From: a virus
Taxonomy: Duplodnaviria > Caudoviricetes
Length of the DNA: 64,000 nt
Virus record (IMG/VR): IMGVR_UViG_3300025678_000005
Direction: 5' to 3' (one strand)
Part shown: one piece after another, positions 25,936-35,240 of the stretch
Layout: each line of letters begins with the position of its first letter
Numbering within the stretch: the first letter of the stretch is position 1
The notes under the pieces: generated by a model
What the model was told of the DNA's origin: nothing
The model's database searches: none
Seen by the model: the letters and a program-made list of their open reading frames with translations, nothing else
Program-made: the position numbers and the translations under genes

Positions 25936-28194
25936 TTATAGATGCAATATTTCACAGGAATTGCCATTACAAGCCTGTGCAGAATAATGATTAATTTCTT
26001 TATATTCTGGTTTTGTTAAAATAGTATTAAATTTAACTGTTTTAAATTGTCTGTTAATAACTTCTCATTTGTGTAAAAGATTCAAATCCTTTAAACAATA
26101 TATAGTCTTTTGTAAATCTCCACCAAAATAATTATTTGCAAACTTTTTAACTCTGCTAATCCAATACTTTTTTAATATTATTTGTTCCTTTGTTCCAGTT
26201 ATTTGTAGTTTTCTATCTTTAACCAAATCACATGCAGCTCATAAATTTTCATTAAAGTAATGCAATCCATCAACTATTAAACCAGAAGCAAATAATACAC
26301 CACGACCATATCTATCCATTAGTTCTTGTTCTGCAAGTATAGATGTATATGGAGCTTGATTATAATCTTTATCTATAGAATCAGTAACAAATGATACTGC
26401 TGTAAAATATTCTCTATTATCTCATATATAATCTATCATTTCTGAAAGATTATCTATAATAACAGTATTAGAAGTATTATGATGTGTTCCTTTATAAGCG
26501 CCAAGTTCTTCATTTACACCAATATTTACTCAATTTTCCTGTACAAATTTTATTAACTCAAGATGTTTTATTCCTTTTAAATCTTGTTTATATAAACCAT
26601 CTGTATTGTTTTCTATTGGAATAAATATAGCATAATCAGAATTATTCTGTGAGTCTAAGGCATCTTCTAATAAAAAAGACATATTTTTATTTAACCATTT
26701 TGCTATTTCATTTGATTTATTTATTCGCATTATTCTAAAATATTTTTTTGCATGTTCTGGATGTATGCCAGAAGCAGTGCCAAGAATAACGGAAGAGTTG
26801 CCAGAAGGTTTTACACAAGTCAATCTGGCTGCTGGAGATACATTTATAAAATTACCAATGACTTTATTTGTTTCTTTAATTACTTTAACTCCGTGTTCTA
26901 ACCATTCCTCATTAAATAACTTTGTATTATTCATCCACCCTGTAATAGAAATACCCAGCAGTGAATCTTGTTGAACTATTTCTTTTGTTGTGTCACCCAA
27001 ATAATCAAAATTATTATAACCACACTGTACTGTTCCAAGTATAGCAGCAGCTTTACAGGCATCTATGAATTTTTCTTCAGTAGTACAATTCTCTGCATTT
27101 ATCTCAGTTAAATTGCAAAAAGAAACTCCAAGATCTTGAAGATGATCTTTTATAAATTCTTCTAATTCATTATAAGATAATTCATTTATCTTTTTATCAA
27201 ATCTTTTATAAGCTATTGGATGTTGTAAAATTTCAAAACAAGGATTGAACATATCAAATCAAGAATTTGCAAAAGCAAATCCAATATCGTTTTTTTCATT
27301 ATTTAAAGAAATAATTTTATCAAATTGTTCTTTACTTGTTTCATTTCTTAATAATAAGACAGAATTATTTGTTCTGCTTCTTTGTGGATTGTCTATCCAC
27401 CAATTTCCAGTCTTGGCATTAATCATCTCTTCATCATTAATATCAACAATCATACACATTGCTGACCTTCTAATACCACCACTTAATACTGCTTCAGATG
27501 CAAAACATAAAATGTCACAAACAAGTATTGGTCTAATAACACATCCTTCTGTCTTTATTCAATTGTCAAGTAATTTTTCTATATTATTAAGTGCTTTTCT
27601 AAGGCCTTCCGATCCAGGGGCTTTAAATCCACCAGATATATAAGATCCTTCTGGTCTTATTCTTGAATAATCAAATTTTATTTTTTTACCAGCATATTGT
27701 GGAAAAGGTTGATTTGTGCTAAAATAAGATGACATTAAAACACCAAGAGCATCTGCTCAACTTTCTATATTGTCTTCAATATAAAAAGTCTCTGTTCCAG
27801 TAGTTCTTTCTTGTAGTCTTGGTAAATTATTAACAAATGGAAGTAATAATCCTATTCCAACACCACAACCACACAAAGAAAGATAAAACACTTCTTGAAA
27901 TACTCTTGGCCTTGCAGCATATATTGTAGAACAATTATATAATCTTGCATTATGTTTTTCTATTTGTTCATTCCTATATTGCAAACTTCTTTGTGATGCT
28001 AAAACATTTTTTGATTTCATTTGCTTAAGAGCAAATTCTAAATATCTATTTAAATCTTCATTATTATAATGCTTGATATGTCCAGATATAATATCCTCAC
28101 AAGCCTCCTCTCATGTTTCATATCTATCATCTTTCCATTTCAGGTAATCTGAATACAGTTTTAAATCACTTAAAAATTTTTTTCCTTTTTCCAT
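25936..28194 (-). CDS. nrdJ: Ribonucleotide reductase (probably class II, NrdJ-like); TGA=Trp
   Basis: ATG 28194. RYET(TGA)EE, LYNCS, GGIRRSA, NPCFEI, FCNLTEI, TCVKPSG and C-terminal ACNGNSCEI all in one frame. Confidence 0.8.
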
Positions 28195-28216
28195 ATAATA
28201 TAAATATAGTTTATTA

Positions 28217-28250
28217 AAAAAGCCCATTATTCCAATATAAAATAATGGGC
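28217..28250 (-). terminator. Intrinsic terminator-like hairpin
   Basis: GCCCATTATT...AATAATGGGC followed by a T-run on the minus strand. Confidence 0.55.
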
Positions 28251-28322
28251 CTGTAATTGGTTAATGTGAGATGTTTATACTTTAAAATATTCTAATATTT
28301 TCTCTTGTCACATACCGCATAC

Positions 28323-28490
28323 TTATAATCTATGATAATTTTTTACCTTATCTCCTACTAAATCTGGCTCGTATTCAAGTAATGTCTGTCTTATAAATTT
28401 TTTTGATGGGTTGCCCAACATTAGTTGTATGCCAGCATACGTATATCCTTCTTTTCTCAGTTCTATAATTTTCTCTTGTAGTTCTGTCAT
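28323..28490 (-). CDS. Small HTH-like protein
   Basis: MTELQEKIIELRKEGYTYAGIQLMLG. Confidence 0.55.
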   Translation of the reverse strand: MTELQEKIIELRKEGYTYAGIQLMLGNPSKKFIRQTLLEYEPDLVGDKVKNYHRL

Positions 28491-28508
28491 TTTATGTACT
28501 TTTAGCTG

Positions 28509-28581
28509 CACCCTCGCCCCGATTCGAACAGAGATCTGACAATTTTGAAGATTGTGGTTTTACCAATTAAACTACGAAGGT
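28509..28581 (-). tRNA. Opal suppressor tRNA (anticodon UCA), probably Trp-accepting
   Basis: Cloverleaf ACCTTCG/CGAGGGT; D arm GTTT-AATTGGTA-AAAC; anticodon arm ACAAT-CTTCAAA-ATTGT; T arm CTCTG-TTCGAAT-CGGGG. A1-U72 and G73, short variable loop, no encoded CCA. Confidence 0.92.
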
Positions 28582-28597
28582 ATTTATTTTTCATATA

Positions 28598-28605
28598 CAA
28601 AGTTA
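28598..28605 (-). promoter_or_regulatory. TAACTTTG promoter box upstream of the suppressor tRNA
   Basis: TAnnTTTG consensus 17 nt upstream of the tRNA 5' end. Confidence 0.55.
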
Positions 28606-28744
28606 TGTAAAATTATATGATATATATTAAAAAATTTATTGTTTATGAAAATATTACTTTGTTTTAATTGGTAGACATATTTCTATATAATTTTATTTGT
28701 TTTATATATTATTTTTTAATTATATTGCCTATAAAATAGAAATT

Positions 28745-28966
28745 TTAATTAATATCTTCAAATATTTGTTTTAAAAATTCAAATGTAAGAGCATTTAATT
28801 TTGTTGAAATATATTTATCTAAATCAAGTCCAGTAGAGTAAATTTCTATTGTCTCGTCATCAAATCTAATAGTTCAAAAATCTTTTTTAAATTCATCCAT
28901 TATACTGTTATAATTTCTAGAAAATACACTCTCATCTAATAGTTTAATTATTTCTTTTTTTGTCAT
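28745..28966 (-). CDS. Hypothetical protein (73 aa); TGA=Trp
   Basis: MTKKEIIKLL...KDF(TGA)TIRFD...EDIN-TAA. Confidence 0.5.
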
Positions 28967-29146
28967 AATACATTAATTATATTGTTTTAAATATAATATT
29001 AAACATCTACACATCATCTTTACTATATGTATTTTTGTCATATAAAACTTATATTTTCTGTCATTTAGTCATTAAATCTATATTGGTATTAGATTTGATA
29101 TTTATATTTTAGATAATTTATTTATAAATCATTAAATCTTTATAAT

Positions 29147-29422
29147 ATGTTTACCGATATACTAAGTCAACTATTTAATAACTATCCAATTTCAACAGAT
29201 GATACTACAATCAGACTACTGGTTCCTGGATATGGAAAAGAAGATCTAATACTAGAACAAGAAAATAATACACTAACAATCAAAGATACAAATAAAGATA
29301 TTCTAAAGATAATAAGAATACCAAATGATATTGAATCTATTGAAGCTAAATGTGATAAAGGAATCCTAGAACTAAAACTAAATAAAAGTACAGAGAACAA
29401 GAAGGTGATTGCTATACAATAG
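29147..29422 (+). CDS. Small heat-shock protein (Hsp20/alpha-crystallin)
   Basis: VPGYGKEDL...NTLTI...IEAKCDKGILELKL. Confidence 0.8.
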   Translation: MFTDILSQLFNNYPISTDDTTIRLLVPGYGKEDLILEQENNTLTIKDTNKDILKIIRIPNDIESIEAKCDKGILELKLNKSTENKKVIAIQ

Positions 29423-29696
29423 CAGTCACCTCTTCATTTATAGGTTTAAAAGCATTTTTAATTCTAATCATCTTTTCTATTTCTGGTATTAACAAAAATA
29501 ATATATCAGCAGCCTCAGTTACAGTTGGAGCAACTACTTCAAAATCTGCATTTTCTGGATTAATAATAGATGGAATACCCAATAATATTGTATTATCTAT
29601 ATTAGCAGTTATATGCATTTGCTTATTATAAGGTTCTAATAATTTATTTATTGTATTATAATTATCCAACATTCTATCCTCATCAAGTAGTATCAT
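29412..29696 (-). CDS. Hypothetical protein
   Basis: 94-aa ORF. Confidence 0.6.
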   Translation of the reverse strand: MILLDEDRMLDNYNTINKLLEPYNKQMHITANIDNTILLGIPSIINPENADFEVVAPTVTEAADILFLLIPEIEKMIRIKNAFKPINEEVTAIV

Positions 29697-30138
29697 AGTT
29701 TATAAAATTTAAATATTCAAAATTACCTGTGTTTCTAAAGATATTTACAATCTTTAATATTCTATATTAATCTGATTTTTAATTATTTCTACTTAAATTA
29801 TTATACATTATAATTTAATTGAAATGAAAGTACAAATATACATCTTTTCTATTAAAAAAATTAGAGTTATACACTTTAAATAAATACTTCAAATAATTAC
29901 TAATTACATCCAAGATTTTTATAAAATTGTGTTTTGTACAGTCATTTAGTTTGTGTATATTTATTTTTTATTATCATATTAAATATTTGTTGTTATATAG
30001 AAATTTTTTATAACCTACTATAAAAATCATTCATAAATAATATTTTATACAGTAAAATTAATATCAAAGTAATATATTTGTAACTTAAATATAATATTTT
30101 ATCTATACTTTTGTATATTATTTTAATAAAGCATTTTT

Positions 30139-30384
30139 ATGAAAAAACTATTCTTAATTTTATTTTCTTTTATTTTACCATCTTTCAATTTACCTGTTCC
30201 AAAATTTACAGAAAAACAAATTTTAGATGCAATAAGTAATTATAAACAATTTGCATTAAATTGTGTTCCAAAAAATTTAAAAACAGACACTATTGAATAT
30301 CAAAGAAATGATACAATATTTATTTTAAGATTAGACTACAACTATATTCCATGGGTTGTAGAAATAAAAAGGCCAAACAAATAA
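30139..30384 (+). CDS. Hypothetical secreted protein
   Basis: Signal-peptide-like MKKLFLILFSFIL. Confidence 0.55.
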   Translation: MKKLFLILFSFILPSFNLPVPKFTEKQILDAISNYKQFALNCVPKNLKTDTIEYQRNDTIFILRLDYNYIPWVVEIKRPNK

Positions 30385-30398
30385 AGTTTGGCATTTTA

Positions 30399-30659
30399 TT
30401 ATTTTACTGTATTATTTTTGTCTGCTAATGATGAACCTGTTGTATACCAAATCCTATTTTTTCAATCCATATATGGATAAACTGGACGGGGATCTACTGG
30501 ATTAACTATATCAATAGATGCTCTTACTGGTACAATTGTATATTCTTTATAATCAACATCCATTTTATTTAATTGTTCCATCAACTCATTTATTTTAACT
30601 TCATCTACTATTTCAATTGTTTTATTATTTGTATCGATTGTAAATTTCATAATATTCAT
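30399..30659 (-). CDS. Hypothetical protein (ends at 30462 if TGA is a stop)
   Basis: ORF 30462..30659; the next in-frame TAA is at 30399. Confidence 0.5.
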
Positions 30660-30694
30660 TATTAAAATTATATTTTTATTTATCTTATAGTATA

Positions 30695-31417
30695 TTATAT
30701 TACTATCTCATCATCAATCTTCTTCTCAATTTTATCAAGTCTCTTATTTAATCTCTGTATCTCATTAATTAATAAATCTACATCCTTTGCGGTAGCACTT
30801 GTTTTTTCTTTCAAATCATTAATATCTTCTTCGTGTTTCTTAAGTATCCATATAATGGCTTGTCCCAGAGCATTTAAATTAAATATCTTTTCATTAATAA
30901 TAATTCCAGTGGTAGAATCCTTTGCTTCCGTCCTAATAGTTGTTAAAAATCCCTTCTTTTCCAAAGACTTATGATACTTTACAATAGAATTATATGACAT
31001 GTTTATCTTCTTTGATAACTCATAATCTGTGTATGTAACTTTTCCATATCCAGGCAAATCTTTATACATATATTGTTGCTCTGCAATGATTAAAGCCTTC
31101 TCTTCTGTAGTTATATCTGTTCTATCTAAAAATTCATAACTGAAAGGCTCAAAACCCTTATACATGTTAAACACATATAGATTACTTCTGCCCCTCTTTT
31201 TTATCATAATATAGCTATACTTAACCAATTTATTAATTGCCTTTAGAACTGTTTTCTTGGATACTCCTGACTTCTTTACAATGGTAGACAAAGAAGGAAA
31301 ACAACTATAAGTATTTCTATTTATAAATTTCTTTATTGTAACATAAACTAATAAATCTTTTGGAGTTAATTCCTCATTTATTGTCATATCATTTGGTAAT
31401 TGTACATGTTGCTTCAT
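30695..31417 (-). CDS. Double winged-HTH protein (replication-initiator/regulator-like)
   Basis: CFPSLSTIVKKSGVSKKTVLKAINKL, a second HTH ELSKKINMSYNSI, and a C-terminal coiled coil. Confidence 0.7.
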   Translation of the reverse strand: MKQHVQLPNDMTINEELTPKDLLVYVTIKKFINRNTYSCFPSLSTIVKKSGVSKKTVLKAINKLVKYSYIMIKKRGRSNLYVFNMYKGFEPFSYEFLDRTDITTEEKALIIAEQQYMYKDLPGYGKVTYTDYELSKKINMSYNSIVKYHKSLEKKGFLTTIRTEAKDSTTGIIINEKIFNLNALGQAIIWILKKHEEDINDLKEKTSATAKDVDLLINEIQRLNKRLDKIEKKIDDEIVI

Positions 31418-31438
31418 ATATTATATTTTATTATTCTG

Positions 31439-31446
31439 CAAAGATA
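31439..31446 (-). promoter_or_regulatory. TATCTTTG promoter box
   Basis: TAnnTTTG 22 nt upstream of ATG 31417. Confidence 0.55.
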
Positions 31447-31515
31447 CAAAAAAATTTTCAAATAACTACCAAAAGGACATCAAAAATATGAACATACTCT
31501 TTCAAAAAGTACCCT

Positions 31516-31547
31516 CTAACTATACTTAATACTAACTATACTTAATA
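31516..31547. repeat. 16-bp tandem direct repeat CTAACTATACTTAATA x2
   Basis: Two exact adjacent copies at 31516 and 31532. Confidence 0.9.
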
Positions 31548-31682
31548 GGAAAATCTTTCTGAAATTTTTTAAAATTTTTTTTGAAAATTTTTTTTAAAAT
31601 TTTTTGTATGTCGAATGTATGAAACCAGTCTATTATCCTACCCCCAATAGGGTTTGATGTAAAACTCTTAAAAATTATTCTT

Positions 31683-32084
31683 ATGAAGACGTTAAAAAGC
31701 GGGATTGAGTTGTACGACTCAATACCTACAACTTTACGGCTACGGTACTCAAACCGCAGTCAGTTGCAAAAAGGTTCTACCTATACCGTTTTAGGTGTGG
31801 GTAAAATACCACTACGCAACGGAGGGTCATACGACGCCGTTGTTATGGAGAATAATGGGATAGAAACATACGTCTCTATTCCAACGTTTTTGGGGATTGT
31901 TTTCCGAAAGGAAGACAATGCCTGGACACGCAATTTGATCAACAACGGTGGGATAAATACCGTTGACAAATTGGAAACTTTGATCGATAAAAAGATCAAA
32001 GTTTCTGATTTTATTACCGAAGAGATAACAAATTTCTCTGGTAATAATGTAGAGAGAGAATTTCCTGTTTGGGAAATTCTCTAA
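31683..32084 (+). CDS. Hypothetical protein, first gene of the right arm
   Basis: 133-aa ORF followed by a terminator. Confidence 0.7.
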   Translation: MKTLKSGIELYDSIPTTLRLRYSNRSQLQKGSTYTVLGVGKIPLRNGGSYDAVVMENNGIETYVSIPTFLGIVFRKEDNAWTRNLINNGGINTVDKLETLIDKKIKVSDFITEEITNFSGNNVEREFPVWEIL

Positions 32085-32092
32085 TAAAAAGA

Positions 32093-32126
32093 TAGAGAGG
32101 GAGAAGAAATTCTCTCTCTCTTTTTT
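32093..32126 (+). terminator. Intrinsic terminator
   Basis: AGAGAGGGAGAA-GAAA-TTCTCTCTCTC followed by T6. Confidence 0.75.
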
Positions 32127-32151
32127 AAAATAGTATAGTATAAAATAATAT

Positions 32152-32420
32152 AAGTCCTGAGCAAGACAGCAAACTGCTTTGGTAGCAACTTACACTCTAC
32201 CAATAATATGATGAAGTATAGTAGTCATATTTAAAAGGAAAGGTAAGAGGTATAAGAATAAGACATGTGTACATGATCTTATCGCCTAAATAGGGAGCTT
32301 GGCATGTGATTAAACTGGTACACCAGTCCGTAGTAGTCACTAAGTTTGTACCTTTAATAGATGAAAGGTATGGTGCAGGGATTGGGAATGCCTGTTATAG
32401 AGAATACCTGAAAGTTCTCT
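32152..32420 (+). ncRNA. Candidate multi-hairpin structured RNA
   Basis: ORF-free and GC-elevated; 5' H-type pseudoknot plus several consecutive hairpins. Confidence 0.4.
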
Positions 32421-32432
32421 AATTATATTTTT

Positions 32433-32471
32433 AAGAGGAGTATGCTGAAAATCCTTTAAAAGAGTAGGCAA
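32433..32471 (+). promoter_or_regulatory. Leader RNA motif, copy 1
   Basis: AGGAG-TATGCT-GAAAA-TCCT-TTAAAAG-AGTA-GGCA. Confidence 0.55.
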
Positions 32472-32491
32472 ACTAAATAATAAATAAAATC

Positions 32492-32941
32492 ATGAATACA
32501 AATATATTTAAGGCGGTAAAAATGCAAGATGCAAATGAAAAATTTAAAGCGCTAAGATTGCAAGATACGGCTAAAAAGATTGCTATTGACATCTCTTATA
32601 ACTTGTCTTTTTTATATAATGAGGCTATAAGAGAAGGATTTATAAATAGTTATAATCTTGAAATTTTTCCTAACGGAGAATATGGTTATGAGATAATAGT
32701 TTATCCCGAATATCAAAGCAATAATAAAAAGTTGGATTTCTTTCGTTATAATCTAATAGTATTTATTTATACCGACGGAGGATTAGATGATTTTCGAGTA
32801 TGGAAAGATAGCAATATTGTTAATATATCTATTCATATGTACAGCAAACCAATTAAAACAGTAAGAAAAGAATTTAATGAATTATTTGAAATTGGTTTGA
32901 AAGAAATTAACGAAGCAATAGCGTCATTGATTTATGAATAA
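32492..32941 (+). CDS. Hypothetical early protein
   Basis: 149-aa ORF. Confidence 0.7.
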   Translation: MNTNIFKAVKMQDANEKFKALRLQDTAKKIAIDISYNLSFLYNEAIREGFINSYNLEIFPNGEYGYEIIVYPEYQSNNKKLDFFRYNLIVFIYTDGGLDDFRVWKDSNIVNISIHMYSKPIKTVRKEFNELFEIGLKEINEAIASLIYE

Positions 32942-33061
32942 ATGGGAAATGAAATATAGTAGTAAGCAAAAAACAACAATGGATTTACTTAAGTTGTTCT
33001 AAAATGGAACATGTTAGATAGTTATTAGCAAACAAAAAACAACAACTTAAAATGCAAAAAT

Positions 33062-33718
33062 ATGGAAACAAACGAATTACAATTGACTGAAAAAAGCACT
33101 GGAAGATATAAAAGTGCATACGAGTTTATTGATGCATTAAAACCGCAGGACATGTTGTCGGTAATCAGAATGTGCCCAAGCGAAAAATTGAAGATTTTCA
33201 AAAGCGAAACAAACATAGAATACCTTGAGAAAGGATTAGAAGCCATGAAACAGGCAAGAAATGAATATTTAAAGCGAATTAAAGAAAAGACGGTAAGAAG
33301 GGATAATGATTTAATAAGGTGGAATAAAAACCTTGTCGAAGATGCCGAATCATATTTAAACGATTTAAAAACAAAAGAAATTATAAAACGAGGGGCTACT
33401 CAATCAGAATTAGATAGTTTTTTGAAAGCATTGGAAACCAAATATGCTTCTGACATAATAGGTGTTGACACGTTTTATAAAAAACTTACAGAGCAACAAG
33501 TTGATTACTTATTGCTTAAACTAACCGACAATTGCAAATATAAACCGTTTTTAAGAGAGTGTGACTTTAAGACGAAGGCAGATTATCGACGATATAGGAT
33601 AAAAACCGACGTTATTCAAAATCTTTTGTATCAGAAAACAAAGAAATATCCTTATTTTGATATTTTCGAATCCGAACTGAATAATTTTTACAATACAGTC
33701 AATAAAAACAACAATTAA
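33062..33718 (+). CDS. Hypothetical protein
   Basis: 218-aa ORF with more CG-containing codons than its neighbours. Confidence 0.7.
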   Translation: METNELQLTEKSTGRYKSAYEFIDALKPQDMLSVIRMCPSEKLKIFKSETNIEYLEKGLEAMKQARNEYLKRIKEKTVRRDNDLIRWNKNLVEDAESYLNDLKTKEIIKRGATQSELDSFLKALETKYASDIIGVDTFYKKLTEQQVDYLLLKLTDNCKYKPFLRECDFKTKADYRRYRIKTDVIQNLLYQKTKKYPYFDIFESELNNFYNTVNKNNN

Positions 33719-34061
33719 AATTTTATTAAAATAAGCCTAATTGAAGACAGATTAGAATTTAGTTTAATGGTAGATACATTTCATGGTACAGATGAAGAAA
33801 TGTATGTTGCTTTTAGTCAAGTTAGTGAGGCTATAAGAGAACTAAGAAGATTAAGAGATAAATGTGATGAATTAAATAAAAGAATATTTGAATTAGAAAA
33901 CAAAAATTAAAGATTATAGATACGAAAAGAGAGCAAATTATGGAGTTTCTCGAAACATTGCCGACGCCAATTGACGTTTTGAGTCTTGTCGATATCGGTG
34001 ATGTATAAATGGCGTTGCCGACTTTGAAACAAATAATTATCAATTAAAAACGAAGATAGAT

Positions 34062-34328
34062 ATGAAATACAAACTTACAATTACAGACGGATACGGTAAT
34101 GAACATTTATACAATGTTGTGCGCAGTTCTTCTGATGAGCCAAAAAATTTGAATGACTTCATTTTAGAAGCCCTTTCAATTAGTGAAGATAAAAGACAAT
34201 TGCCGTTTTTAATTCAATGCCCTAATGGATTAGAAGTACATCCTTCAATTAAAATGAAGTTTGAAAATTATGGTAGTTCGTTGTTTGGTGATAAACTCGA
34301 AGCAATGATGGTAACGTGGCGTGATTGA
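34062..34328 (+). CDS. Hypothetical cassette protein (TGA stop)
   Basis: 88-aa ORF whose start lies inside a hairpin. Confidence 0.65.
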   Translation: MKYKLTITDGYGNEHLYNVVRSSSDEPKNLNDFILEALSISEDKRQLPFLIQCPNGLEVHPSIKMKFENYGSSLFGDKLEAMMVTWRD

Positions 34329-34410
34329 ATTGCGCACAACGTTCCGATTATTTGCGTTCGGTGGGAATTAAAACCACTGAACCTCATTTTAAAAACAAAA
34401 CTTTAATAAT

Positions 34411-34671
34411 ATGCAAAACGATGATTTGAAAAATAACACCCCCACTGACGCAAATAATGTATTAGTGGCTGGGCTTTCTCTCATTCAAGCTAAATATGCC
34501 GCAATGATTGAAAGTAAAAAAATAAGACACTGTTCCTTTATGGATGATGAATATCTCTACTATAAAAATGGTTGTTGGTTCACTCATGATGATTATCAAT
34601 TACCAGATGTGTGTTTTTTAAATGAACAAGAACAAGGGTGGTGGAATAATAGTTGGTCGGTGGTGTCATAG
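34411..34671 (+). CDS. Hypothetical cassette protein
   Basis: 86-aa ORF whose start lies inside a hairpin. Confidence 0.65.
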   Translation: MQNDDLKNNTPTDANNVLVAGLSLIQAKYAAMIESKKIRHCSFMDDEYLYYKNGCWFTHDDYQLPDVCFLNEQEQGWWNNSWSVVS

Positions 34672-34686
34672 CCTTGCCACTAACAT

Positions 34687-34722
34687 AAGGAGGTTGCCGA
34701 AAATCCATAAAAGAGTAGGCAA
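34687..34722 (+). promoter_or_regulatory. Leader RNA motif, copy 2
   Basis: AAGGAGG-TTGCC-GAAAA-TCCA-TAAAAG-AGTA-GGCAA. Confidence 0.55.
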
Positions 34723-34744
34723 AACAAAAAAAACAAATAAACAA

Positions 34745-34987
34745 ATGGAAAAATTAAAAAAAATCCAAGTAGAAGCAGCATCAGAAAAAGCTGCTATGGT
34801 TCTTTACAGGTATTTAAATAGTTTAAATACCATTGATTTTGAAGGATCAATTTTTATTGAAAATCTTCAAAATGAAATTTTTGGAGCCGATCTTAATCCT
34901 GTTGATGATTCGTTTAATTTAATCATCGAAACAGATTTAAGAATATGTAAAGTTTCATATGAAATCAGTACTTATAGATACAATTAA
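34745..34987 (+). CDS. Hypothetical protein
   Basis: Likely start at ATG 34745 within ORF 34622..34987. Confidence 0.6.
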   Translation: MEKLKKIQVEAASEKAAMVLYRYLNSLNTIDFEGSIFIENLQNEIFGADLNPVDDSFNLIIETDLRICKVSYEISTYRYN

Positions 34988-34989
34988 AT

Positions 34990-35217
34990 ATGAAACCTAT
35001 TGTAAAAAATGTTAAAGTGTCGGCCTATTCTCCAAAGGCCATGTCTATGTTACTACCTTATATTGGAGATATTAAAGGTAGCATTTTTGATCCTCGTGCT
35101 TTTAAACACGAACTTTATTTTATGATAAATAAATATAATTTAGACCCAGTAAAAGATAGTTTTACTATCAATATTTCTGCTGGAAATAAATTGTATACTT
35201 TTCAGTATAAAGATTAG
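34990..35217 (+). CDS. Hypothetical protein
   Basis: 75-aa ORF. Confidence 0.6.
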   Translation: MKPIVKNVKVSAYSPKAMSMLLPYIGDIKGSIFDPRAFKHELYFMINKYNLDPVKDSFTINISAGNKLYTFQYKD

Positions 35218-35240
35218 TTAAATACTTTAAAACTAAAAGT

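Larger units (their letters stand above)
33988..34684 (+). mobile_element. Two-unit integron-cassette-like array with attC-like hairpins
   Basis: Terminal complements GTTGTGCGCAGTT(34116)/AATTGCGCACAAC(34328) and ATTAGTGGCTGGGCT(34461)/AGCCTTGCCACTAAC(34670); long imperfect hairpins at 34002-34113 and 34347-34458. Confidence 0.55.

Noticed and set aside
1537-27643. Plus-strand ORFs in the left arm (e.g. 4012, 12496, 23232, 25045, 27245)
   Set aside because: Antisense shadows of well-supported minus-strand genes.
1-28194. Mass pseudogenisation of structural genes
   Set aside because: The breaks examined are in-frame TGA at Trp positions, frames are preserved, and a cognate suppressor tRNA is present.
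28509-28581. tRNA-Sec (selC)
   Set aside because: Short variable loop and 7-bp acceptor stem; no Sec-type architecture.
32152-32180. Hammerhead ribozyme (CTGA...)
   Set aside because: Lacks the CUGAnGA/GAAA core arrangement; fits a simple pseudoknot better.
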